Source of the DNA: an uncultured archaeon
GTDB lineage: Archaea; Altiarchaeota; Altiarchaeia; IMC4; SCGC-AAA252-I15
Assembly (NCBI GenBank): GCA_902384455.1
Contig: CABMCB010000071.1
Coordinates: 184,196-248,195 of the forward strand
Direction of reading: 5' to 3'
Length of the DNA stretch: 64,000 nt
A program made the translations under genes and the position numbers. This document shows positions 55,673 through 64,000 of the stretch, one piece after another. The stretch's first letter is position 1, and each line of letters starts with the position of its first letter. The notes under the pieces were generated by a model that was given only the letters and a program-made list of their open reading frames with translations, ran no database searches and had not been told where the DNA came from.

Positions 55673-57973
55673 CTAGAACCGCTGGTATGTTTCGTAGTAC
55701 GTCAGAAGGGAAGCCATCTGCGGATCCATCTGGTCGAGATCCGTAAAGAAGTCTTTGAATGCTTTGCCGACAGACTCCTTGATTCTCCTCAAACCCTCTT
55801 TCCACGGAATCTTAGTGCTGACTTCCATAGAGAGAATCAAGGGTATGATAGGTATGGTCGTCTTCAGTTTAGCTTCCGTGGACAGTCTTCCGTCGCCTTC
55901 ATGAAGACTTTCAGCGACGGCCTTCCTAATTTCCTCCGGTAAGTCTGGTTGCTCTTGGATTTCCTTAAGCGCCCTTTGGATGGCGGTGAAATGCTCTTCT
56001 TGTTTTGCAGGGTCGATTCTTTCGACTGCGCTTACCATAAGCCGCATGTCGTTGTTAAGGTTCTTTATATCTGCTTTCGTCGCCCCCAAGCATGATACGT
56101 CGACAATTTGCTGTTCCAGACGCTGTTCAGCCGCAATTATTTCTTGGCGCGTTAAAGCCCCCTCATGCGCGACGGCAGCCCGCGTGGCGCCATGTTCAGC
56201 CGCAGACAGCGCCCTCGTCATACGTGATTCAGCGATCAAATCCGCCGTGACACTAAGGTAGCCTCGTTGAACCTCCGCCATAAGCCGGTCGACTCCGTAA
56301 GGTATGTCCTCTCTCTCCTCCATCTGCTCCATGAGACGCCTGAAGTTGTCGAATCCGCAACCTAAACAGTCGCTTCTGTGAGTGGACAACTCTTTTGCCA
56401 CCATCGCTTCAGCCGCCCTGAAAAGGCCGCTGTATGGGTGTGTTTCCGTAATCTCAAGTATGCTGCTTAATACTCTGCGTTTTATCATTTCGCCCGCTGT
56501 TGCGTCCGCTCCTTTTGCGGTGAGTGCCTGAAGTTCAGTTTGCAGTTCAGGAAGTCTGCCCTCTATTTCCTTCTTGAGCCTGACTGTTGCGCATACTGTT
56601 TTGGGGCTGCCTTGGATGAGGCGGAACATCACGTCTTCCCTTTCAGGGGGAGTGATGGCGCCGTTAACTACCTTCTGGTCTCTGCTTACGATGTTCTCAA
56701 CTGCTGTCCTTATCTCCTCCTCCGGAACATCCACCTGGGCAGACGTCTCTTTTATGAGGTCCCAAGTCGTCGGAAGAGGCACGACTCCCGTGTACTTTGG
56801 AGCGCAGTAAACGCCGAACTTTGTGTCTCCTATAGCCGCCTGCAGGCAAGGTTCGCCAGTTATCGGATATATAGCGTACACTTCCCTCTCATCCTCCTCA
56901 GTGACCACCAAACCGAACATCTTCCTGGCTCCCGCCTGCACGCTCAACAGAGGCGCACCTGAAGCAGAAGCCTCCTCTTTCGGGATGGAATAAATGCGGA
57001 CCTTATCGTAGCCTCCATTCTGCATGTCCCCCAAATAAATGGCCGTCCCAGCTATAACATGCCGGTTGATCTCTTCCAACCTTTCAACGAACTCATGAGA
57101 CGTAGGATCCAGCTGCGGCTCACCGAAAGTAAGCGTCCTATAATAATACTGCTCAGGACGGTCTTGATCCAACGGAGGAACAACGAACAAGTGGCCGTCA
57201 AACTGCGGCGTAAGACGAGTGCCTGAGGGTCGCCACATCCTCTCCATAGACGAAATCTCTCCGTCCGGCTTACAGTAGAACACCGCTCCATACACAGGTT
57301 CCTGACTCTCTTTAGGAGGCTCTCCCAAACCCGGAATCCTCCCCCTCCAAGGGACGTGAGTCCACAATATGAATCCTTCATCCTCGCTTGTCGGCCTGCT
57401 TAAGTCATCAGTGATGCGCATGAAACGGAACGTCCTTATGTCGTCATACAAAGTGTCCTCGCAACCATGGGCCGCCAGTTGAGTGACGGCTCCCTCTACC
57501 GCGCGAAGAACAGCGGGGCTTGTGGTTACAAAGCGGTAGTCTTCGAAAGTAACTGTTGGATAAAGGCTTGCGGGGTTAGTGTAAACGCTGACCATCCGCG
57601 CGTCGGCAGCCCTTAAGTCGCCGACTTTTATTCCGACCTGAGGATTGGGGATAAGATCAATCTTTTCCGCCCGAATCGAAGGGTCATGTTCCTTATACCA
57701 TTCAATCCGCAGACTGGGATCAGTCATAAACTCCAACTCAGTAAGGCGCCGGTCATTATCCATCAAAACGCCAATAGGCGTCTCAGAAAAAGGCTTAACC
57801 GCGGCGTTCAAAACACCCCACAAATCACGTAGCGCCTTCGTAGCCGCCTCCTTCTGAGCAGGCGTGCCGGTCGCCATAATCTCCCCTATAGTCGGCTCAT
57901 TCTTGGGCTCGGGGAGCACCACTTCCGGAGGCTTAAGCGGTCCAGCCGGCGGCTTAGTCCTATCGGCGGCCAT
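55673..57973 (-). CDS. Large hypothetical protein with coiled-coil C-terminal half
   Basis: 766-aa ORF; no family recognised. Confidence 0.7.
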   Translation of the reverse strand: MAADRTKPPAGPLKPPEVVLPEPKNEPTIGEIMATGTPAQKEAATKALRDLWGVLNAAVKPFSETPIGVLMDNDRRLTELEFMTDPSLRIEWYKEHDPSIRAEKIDLIPNPQVGIKVGDLRAADARMVSVYTNPASLYPTVTFEDYRFVTTSPAVLRAVEGAVTQLAAHGCEDTLYDDIRTFRFMRITDDLSRPTSEDEGFILWTHVPWRGRIPGLGEPPKESQEPVYGAVFYCKPDGEISSMERMWRPSGTRLTPQFDGHLFVVPPLDQDRPEQYYYRTLTFGEPQLDPTSHEFVERLEEINRHVIAGTAIYLGDMQNGGYDKVRIYSIPKEEASASGAPLLSVQAGARKMFGLVVTEEDEREVYAIYPITGEPCLQAAIGDTKFGVYCAPKYTGVVPLPTTWDLIKETSAQVDVPEEEIRTAVENIVSRDQKVVNGAITPPEREDVMFRLIQGSPKTVCATVRLKKEIEGRLPELQTELQALTAKGADATAGEMIKRRVLSSILEITETHPYSGLFRAAEAMVAKELSTHRSDCLGCGFDNFRRLMEQMEEREDIPYGVDRLMAEVQRGYLSVTADLIAESRMTRALSAAEHGATRAAVAHEGALTRQEIIAAEQRLEQQIVDVSCLGATKADIKNLNNDMRLMVSAVERIDPAKQEEHFTAIQRALKEIQEQPDLPEEIRKAVAESLHEGDGRLSTEAKLKTTIPIIPLILSMEVSTKIPWKEGLRRIKESVGKAFKDFFTDLDQMDPQMASLLTYYETYQRF

Positions 57974-58080
57974 TGCTTAATTATCGGGTAAGGCGTCATT
58001 AAAAAGAATATGCGCGAGCTATACAGGCACAAAAAACAATCTACCCCCCTCCTTTTAACTTCCCGCCAAAATATCTAACA

Positions 58081-58458
58081 ATGAGCGCATTAGAAGACCA
58101 GATTCTAAACGCAGTGCGCATCCTGCTTGACTACGTCTTCAAGCTTGTGGACATAATGATCTCGTCCCTCCAGAAAATACTGCTGCTACTCGGCCTCAAC
58201 TCCTCAATAAGCCACAAAGAACTCATAACATACCTACTCGGATTCATAATAGTAGCCGCAGTCATGGACCGCGCCCTTGCGATATTCAAAAGGGCGATAT
58301 ACAACAGCATAGCAGGCGTCATAATCCTATTCCTACTGCACTACTTCGGAGTAGACGTACCCATAACCCTTTTCACAGTAGTCGTAACCGTACTATTCGG
58401 AGTCCCCGGAATACTCGCACTACTTCTATTCTACGTCGGCGGAATATTCCCCTCATAA
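58081..58458 (+). CDS. BofA-like (pro-sigmaK processing inhibitor family) membrane protein
   Basis: NSIAGVIILFLL...VPITLFTVVV..LFGVPG. Confidence 0.75.
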   Translation: MSALEDQILNAVRILLDYVFKLVDIMISSLQKILLLLGLNSSISHKELITYLLGFIIVAAVMDRALAIFKRAIYNSIAGVIILFLLHYFGVDVPITLFTVVVTVLFGVPGILALLLFYVGGIFPS

Positions 58459-58461
58459 AAA

Positions 58462-58743
58462 ATGAACCTCCCCACATCAGACCCCGCAGTACTAGCCGCA
58501 GCCGCAGCAATAATAGCAGCAACCGCCGCAATATGGCTGCTTTGGACACTCACAAAAAAAATCCTCGAAAAACTACTCATACTACTACTAAACTCACTAC
58601 TCGGCCTAGGCGCACTACTAATACTCGTCTACGGACTCAAAATACCCATACCAATAAACCCGGCAACCATAATCGTCGTCGGACTATTCGGAACCGCAGG
58701 ACTAGGCGCCCTAATACTGCTCACAATACTCGGCATACTATAA
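58462..58743 (+). CDS. BofA-like membrane protein
   Basis: NSLLGL...IPINPATIIVVGLFGTAG. Confidence 0.75.
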   Translation: MNLPTSDPAVLAAAAAIIAATAAIWLLWTLTKKILEKLLILLLNSLLGLGALLILVYGLKIPIPINPATIIVVGLFGTAGLGALILLTILGIL

Positions 58744-58744
58744 A

Positions 58745-60049
58745 CTACTTCTTAGCCACCTTCAACTGAGCATACCTAACAGCCCCAGAAACCCCAACAT
58801 GCTCGTGCGGCCTAAGCTTCACCCAATGAACACGAGCGGCCGGAGAAAAAACCCTCCTCTGGAAAGACTCCTCCACAGTGCGGAAAAACTCCCTGTACCT
58901 CAAATCAGTAAGACCCCCAGTTACCGCAATAACCTCCGGATTAAGAACACCCGCAACATCCGCTAAAGCGCCGCCCAAAACAGAAGCCGCAAAAAAAAGA
59001 ACATCCTGACACAAACCATCCCCGTCCACAGCAAGCCTATCAACATCAAAACTAGTAAAACCAATCCCATCAACCCTACCCCTAACGTCAGAAGCAGAAA
59101 GCCGACCCCTCCGGTACGCGGCCGAAACATCCTCCCCATCAACTTGACCCAAAGCAAGAAGCCAACACCTCCTACCGTGAAAAGCAGCCTTAGCCGCCTC
59201 ATAAGAAATCACATCATCCCTCAAAGCCCCATCCCTCAATTTCTCCCTCGGAAGAAAACCCCCAAAAGAAGCCGAACGCAAAACGCGAGTAGCCAAAGGA
59301 TCACCCCCGGAGGCGGCCGAAAAAACAGCTTCAGCCACCTTATGCGGCGAAGTCCTGCTTGCTGCGGCAAGCCCGCTTAAGCCTCCGAATGCTTCGGGAA
59401 GAGTCGAAAGCAACGCTTCCTTAAGGCGGGCTTTGGCGACTCTCACTATGCCGTTGCCTGAGGCGACCGTCTCCAAGCAGCCGGTTGCGCCGCAGCCGCA
59501 CTTAAACGGCTCATCAACCACCTTCATGTGGCCCAATTCGCAGGCGACACCCTCATAACCCGAAAGAAGCGCAAGCTCCTTGCCGGGAAGAACAAACCCT
59601 CCTCCGACGCCTGTGCCCAAAGTGACAGTAAGAACACCGCCATGATTCACCCTAAGACGCCTAACATTGATGTGCTCCGCCGCACCCAACGCCGAAGCAT
59701 CAGCGTCATTGATAAGAAAAACACGCGAACCAAAAGCAGCCCTCAAAACATGGCGCATGTCAAAATCCCCAACACCCACAACATTCGGAAGAGAAACCCT
59801 GCCGTCAAAAGAAACCGGGCCCGGAACAGCAACACAAAAACCCGAAACAACAGAATCATCAACGCCCTCACGAGCCAAAAGACCGTCAACAGCAGCCTTA
59901 ATCTGATGCACATAAGCATTAGCGCCCAAAGCGGCCTTGGAATCAACCGGCTCCCCAAGAACAAACGACCCGCCCCTCAAAAGACCCGGCCGGATGAACG
60001 TAGCGCCCGCATCAACGCCCACGAAAACAGCGGCATCGGCCATACTCAC
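58745..60049 (-). CDS. ROK family sugar kinase with internal insertion
   Basis: GVDAGAT, PGP, NDA, TLGTGVGGG, ELGH, CGCG..GCLE..ASG, LNPE...GG. Confidence 0.9.
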   Translation of the reverse strand: MSMADAAVFVGVDAGATFIRPGLLRGGSFVLGEPVDSKAALGANAYVHQIKAAVDGLLAREGVDDSVVSGFCVAVPGPVSFDGRVSLPNVVGVGDFDMRHVLRAAFGSRVFLINDADASALGAAEHINVRRLRVNHGGVLTVTLGTGVGGGFVLPGKELALLSGYEGVACELGHMKVVDEPFKCGCGATGCLETVASGNGIVRVAKARLKEALLSTLPEAFGGLSGLAAASRTSPHKVAEAVFSAASGGDPLATRVLRSASFGGFLPREKLRDGALRDDVISYEAAKAAFHGRRCWLLALGQVDGEDVSAAYRRGRLSASDVRGRVDGIGFTSFDVDRLAVDGDGLCQDVLFFAASVLGGALADVAGVLNPEVIAVTGGLTDLRYREFFRTVEESFQRRVFSPAARVHWVKLRPHEHVGVSGAVRYAQLKVAKK

Positions 60050-60081
60050 TCAATTATTGCCGCGCCCATAAAAAACGCTTC

Positions 60082-60732
60082 TTACTCCCTAAGAAGGTGA
60101 AGAACGTCCTTGACTACGTCAGTCCTGGTGACTACCGTCAAGACGTCGTTTTTCTTTACTATGGTGTCGCCGCTTGCTATGATGACTTCTCCGTTGCGGT
60201 AAACAACCGCAATCAAAACCCCACCGGGAAGACCCATGTCCTTAATCTTCCTTCCGTCAAGCTTATGATTCGAGAACCGGACCTCAAGCAACTCGGCGTT
60301 CCCGTTGGCGATGCTTGCGACACTCCGGCTGCCCTCCTGAACAAGAGCATTCTTGAAATAACTGACCAACGCAGTCACAGGCGAAATAGCGGCAGTAATG
60401 TCCAAACCAATGTACAAATCCTTCTTTTTGGTGTCATTCACCATGGCGACAATCCGCGGCACCTTAAACTTCTTAAGAATCTGGCAGATAGTGAGGTTTG
60501 TGTTGTCGTCGGGAGTCAAAACGGCGGCAGCGTCCGCACGCTCAATGCCCGCGTCCCTTAGAATCTCAGTGTTGCTTCCGTCACCGTGAATTATGAGCGC
60601 ATCCATGCTCTCAGCAAGAGACTTCGCTCTCTCATCGTCCCTCTCCACAAGAACAACCTCATGACCTTCGGCAATCAGATGATTCGCCAAGGCCTTTCCT
60701 GTGTTGTCTATGCCTACTATAATAATGTACAT
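60082..60732 (-). CDS. trkA: TrkA-family potassium uptake regulatory subunit
   Basis: MYIIIVG, IHGDG, AGIERAD, DNTNL, C-terminal TrkA-C. Confidence 0.9.
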   Translation of the reverse strand: MYIIIVGIDNTGKALANHLIAEGHEVVLVERDDERAKSLAESMDALIIHGDGSNTEILRDAGIERADAAAVLTPDDNTNLTICQILKKFKVPRIVAMVNDTKKKDLYIGLDITAAISPVTALVSYFKNALVQEGSRSVASIANGNAELLEVRFSNHKLDGRKIKDMGLPGGVLIAVVYRNGEVIIASGDTIVKKNDVLTVVTRTDVVKDVLHLLRE

Positions 60733-60810
60733 ATTTTGACTGTTACTCTTTCCCACGCCCCTCTATATATACGTTCTTTCCGCATTATATTCCACTAAAG
60801 GCCTTAAGAG

Positions 60811-61656
60811 ATGGAGACGACGAAACTACTCGTTGAAGCACTCGAATACGTCCAGCGGTTCAACGGCCAGCTTTTTGTGATTAAGCTGGGCGGCGAAGTG
60901 ATGGGTGAAAAAGCCATATTAGACAGCATCGCCCGCGACCTTATTCTTTTGAACCTCGTCGGCATAAAGACCGTCGTGCTGCACGGCGGCGGACCGGAAA
61001 TCTCCGAGATGATGGAGAAGCTGGGCAAGAAGCCGAAGTTCATAAGGGGACTGCGCGTCACAGACGAAGAGACTATGGACATAGTCAAGATGGTGCTTGT
61101 GGGCAAAGTCAACACCTCTTTCGTCGCATCGATAAACCGCCACGGAGGACAAGCTGTAGGCATAGCAGGAAAAAGCGGAAACCTACTCATAGCAGAAAAG
61201 AAGAATGAAGACTTAGGGTTTGTGGGCGACATAAGCAAGATAAACCCGCACGTACTCCACGTGCTCGTCGACAAAGGATACATACCAGTGGTAAGCCCAA
61301 TAGCCGCAGACAAGAAAGGCAACAGCATAAACATCAACGCAGACACCGCAGCAGGAGAACTCGCAGTAGCCCTCAAAGCAAGCAAAATCATAATACTCAC
61401 CAACGTCCCCGGAGTACTGGACAAAGACAAGAAACTAATCAAAAGACTCACGGTGCCAGACATAAAAAACCTGGAAAAAGACGGCACCATAGCCGGCGGA
61501 ATGCTGCCTAAAGTGGAAGCATGCGTCATAGCCCTCAAAGGCGGAGTAGAACGCGCCCACATAGTGCAAGGCGGCAAACACGCCCTACTAAGAGAAATTC
61601 TGACCCGCGAAGGAACAGGAACCATGATAACCCCCAAAAAGGTGGTCGGGGAATGA
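60811..61656 (+). CDS. argB: Acetylglutamate kinase
   Basis: VIKLGG, HGGGPEI, GLRVTD, NINADTAA, GGMLPKV, GTGT. Confidence 0.97.
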   Translation: METTKLLVEALEYVQRFNGQLFVIKLGGEVMGEKAILDSIARDLILLNLVGIKTVVLHGGGPEISEMMEKLGKKPKFIRGLRVTDEETMDIVKMVLVGKVNTSFVASINRHGGQAVGIAGKSGNLLIAEKKNEDLGFVGDISKINPHVLHVLVDKGYIPVVSPIAADKKGNSININADTAAGELAVALKASKIIILTNVPGVLDKDKKLIKRLTVPDIKNLEKDGTIAGGMLPKVEACVIALKGGVERAHIVQGGKHALLREILTREGTGTMITPKKVVGE

Positions 61657-64000
61657 AGACACCCCAAACAACATTAACAACAACACTAATACTACTCCTC
61701 CTGCTTACAGCAACAAACGCAACAGAACTACCGCGAGACCAACCCACACTCTGGTGCAAAATCACAAAAGACCCCATACAAAAGAAAGCAGTAGTCAACT
61801 GGGGAGCAAGCCCCGGATACATAATAAACTGGACCGACGGATACGGCCGCTCAAGCGACTGCGAACTAAGAGTATGGTGCGCCCGACCCTTCGCGAAAGC
61901 CCCCGGCACACTATTCTACGCAGGCCACTGCGGACCCTTCTGCCCCATAACAGAGCCTGAAGTAGGCTGGTGCTCAAACCTCGCCCTCGACTACAGCCGC
62001 GGATTTGGCACCACCGAAAGACTCAATGAAGACCAGTTTCAGGCGGTAAACGGCGCCCGCCTCGAAGTATGCTACACATACCGCAGCACAAACTGCTTCA
62101 AATTCTCAGTAGGATGCGACGCCCAATGGGACGTAGGATGCGAAATCGACGACGGCGGAGACACAACAACCACGATAAAAACCACAACAACCACCACAAC
62201 CACATCCACCAAAACATCAACCACAAAAACAAGCACAACAAAAACAACAACCACAAAAACGTCCACAACAACCGGCCAAGGAGGCTCAAACAAACCAACA
62301 CTCTGGTGCAAAGTCACAAAAGACTACTCCTGGAAAGAAGGCAAAGTAGACTGGAGCGCAACACCCCAATACACAATGGAATGGACCGACAGCCGGGGAA
62401 ACACCAAACAATGCCCAATGAGAATATGGTGCGTTAGGCCGCGCGTCAAGTTAAGCAACTGGATTTATTTTGCGGGCCACTGCGGGCCTTTCTGCCCTAT
62501 AACCGAGTCCACGGCGGGGTCATGCACGTCGGGGGCAACAGACTTCAGGTGGGGATACGGTTACACAGACAGTCTAAGAGACGATGAGTTCGACAGGATT
62601 AACGGCGGAAAACTCGAAGTCTGCTACTACTACAGCGACTCAGTAAACTGCCCCCCCTCATGGGGATGCGACAAACAATTCGAAGTCGACTGCGAATCAT
62701 CCACGACAACCACGACCACGACAACTTCGACCACGACGACAACGCACTCAAGCACCACCACAACCACAACATCTTCGACAACGACTACAACAGGCCACGG
62801 AACCACGCCAACACTCTGGTGCAAAGTCTCAAAAGACGCCTCAAACCAAGAAGCGATAGTCAGCTGGGGCGCATCAGGAAGCTACATAATGAAGTGGACC
62901 AACAACATGGGTCAAGTTAAGGACTGCCAACTAAGAATCTGGTGCGCAAGACCCAGAGCATCCGCCCCCGGATTCCTATTCATCGCAGGCCACTGCGGAC
63001 CCTTATGCCCCATCAACGAGCCGACGGCAGGCATGTGCACATCAGGGGCAATAGACTTCAACAGCGGCACAGGATACACCGAACGCCTAAGAGACGACCA
63101 GTTCGACAAAATAAACGGCGGAAAACTCGAAGTCTGCTACTACTACAGCGACTCAGTAAACTGCCCGCCCTCATGGGGATGCGACAAACAATTCGAAGTC
63201 ACATGCACATCAACATCAACAACAACCACAACCACGACCACAACAACCACAACAACATCAACCTCCACCACATCCACCACCAAAACATCAACCACAAAAA
63301 CAAGCACAACCCAAACAAGCTCCACAACAACAACCACAAACGGAGGAATAAAATGCGGCCGCTGCGAAGAACTACATTACTGGTGGGGAATACCAATCTG
63401 CGTCTGGGTCGGATGCGACACCACCACAACCACCACCGACCACTCCACAACGACATCGACGATTGTTGAGCCACCCACCACGACAACAACCACAATAAAC
63501 CCATGCGGCCCATGCGAAGAACTACACTACTTCTGGGGCATACCAATCTGCGTCTGGAAAGGGTGCGATTCGACCACAACATCCAAAACCACACCCTCTT
63601 CCACATCAACAACCACCACGCCTAGTACCACCTCAACAACAACTCCCTGCGGCCCATGCGAACAAATCAGATACTTATGGGGAATCAGAATCTGCGTCTG
63701 GGTCGGATGCGACTCAACCACAACAACACAACAAACCACAACCACGTCAACCATCATAGAGCCGCCAACCACGTCAACCACCATAATACCTCCAACCACA
63801 ACCACCACAACAATAAACCCATGCGGACCATGCGAACAACCCTGGATGCTCGGCGGACGAATAACCTGCATCTGGACCGGATGCCCCACAACCACAACAA
63901 CCATCATAGAACCCCCCGCAACAACGACCACAACAAAAAACCCCAGCGGCCCAACCGAACAAAAAAGGAACATGTGGGAAACCCCCACCAGCGTCAGGAA
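61653..64000 (+). CDS. Secreted Cys/Trp-repeat protein with Thr-rich linkers (>782 aa, runs off window; absent from ORF track)
   Basis: ATGA overlap with the argB stop; signal peptide; I found no stop to the window end. Confidence 0.85.
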   Translation, partial: MKTPQTTLTTTLILLLLLTATNATELPRDQPTLWCKITKDPIQKKAVVNWGASPGYIINWTDGYGRSSDCELRVWCARPFAKAPGTLFYAGHCGPFCPITEPEVGWCSNLALDYSRGFGTTERLNEDQFQAVNGARLEVCYTYRSTNCFKFSVGCDAQWDVGCEIDDGGDTTTTIKTTTTTTTTSTKTSTTKTSTTKTTTTKTSTTTGQGGSNKPTLWCKVTKDYSWKEGKVDWSATPQYTMEWTDSRGNTKQCPMRIWCVRPRVKLSNWIYFAGHCGPFCPITESTAGSCTSGATDFRWGYGYTDSLRDDEFDRINGGKLEVCYYYSDSVNCPPSWGCDKQFEVDCESSTTTTTTTTSTTTTTHSSTTTTTTSSTTTTTGHGTTPTLWCKVSKDASNQEAIVSWGASGSYIMKWTNNMGQVKDCQLRIWCARPRASAPGFLFIAGHCGPLCPINEPTAGMCTSGAIDFNSGTGYTERLRDDQFDKINGGKLEVCYYYSDSVNCPPSWGCDKQFEVTCTSTSTTTTTTTTTTTTTSTSTTSTTKTSTTKTSTTQTSSTTTTTNGGIKCGRCEELHYWWGIPICVWVGCDTTTTTTDHSTTTSTIVEPPTTTTTTINPCGPCEELHYFWGIPICVWKGCDSTTTSKTTPSSTSTTTTPSTTSTTTPCGPCEQIRYLWGIRICVWVGCDSTTTTQQTTTTSTIIEPPTTSTTIIPPTTTTTTINPCGPCEQPWMLGGRITCIWTGCPTTTTTIIEPPATTTTTKNPSGPTEQKRNMWETPTSVR
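61743..63206 (+). repeat. Three copies of a ~133-aa 10-Cys domain (starting 61743, 62295, 62808)
   Basis: PTLWCK...W...C.(L/M)R.WC.RP...AGHCGP.CPI.E...C...ING.(R/K)LEVCY...C...GCD...V.C. Confidence 0.9.
63354..64000 (+). repeat. Four 21-aa CGxC...C.W.GC modules (63354, 63504, 63648, 63822) plus a degenerate fifth (63945)
   Basis: Direct translation. Confidence 0.88.

Noticed and set aside
54461-57973. Integrated mobile element at tRNA-Pro
   Set aside because: No integrase, transposase or att duplication seen
62160-63940. ACA/ACC-rich repeats as CRISPR or satellite; poly-Val antisense ORFs
   Set aside because: These are Thr codon runs of the plus-strand protein with no repeat-spacer pattern; the same applies to 15410-15520
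63945-64000. A-rich fifth hairpin module as a diversity-generating retroelement template
   Set aside because: Many differences fall at non-A positions and no reverse transcriptase is in the window; wholesale T>A/C loss at the window edge fits low-quality sequence or decay better

Overview
Archaeal chromosomal segment, shown by TBP, thermosome, fibrillarin, ATP-dependent ligase, TrmI, TTTA(A/T)ATA promoters and GGTGA Shine-Dalgarno sites. A DPANN/Altiarchaeota-like lineage is my inference. Housekeeping content: an hsp20-thermosome-grpE-dnaK-dnaJ cluster, fhs, lysA, hisD/hisC/HAD, argB, PMM/NDP-sugar synthase/GT2 glycosylation genes, a DpnII-like GATC restriction-modification cassette, nth plus a LigD phosphoesterase module, double-domain ThyX, RNase Z and tRNA-Pro(TGG). 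The most striking unexplained element is at about 13570-14465 and is absent from the ORF track. It is a tandem pair of units, each a roughly 230-nt structured leader with compensatory base changes and a short uORF ending in a conserved hairpin loop, followed by an SD-led 35-43 aa peptide sharing the motif YDPY(D/N)LLPx(D/E)WK. Second is a bacterial sigma-70-like (regions 2 and 4) protein behind five roughly 100-aa repeats, whose frame continues upstream through one TGA that aligns with Trp. Other oddities: a large secreted Cys/Trp-repeat, Thr-linker protein running off the window end, an RHH-nucleotidyltransferase fusion with a candidate operator, a frameshifted paralog pair, paralogs flanking the tRNA, apparent GATC depletion and patchy AC/GT strand skew. 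All family calls come from motif recognition by eye; no database search or folding program was run.
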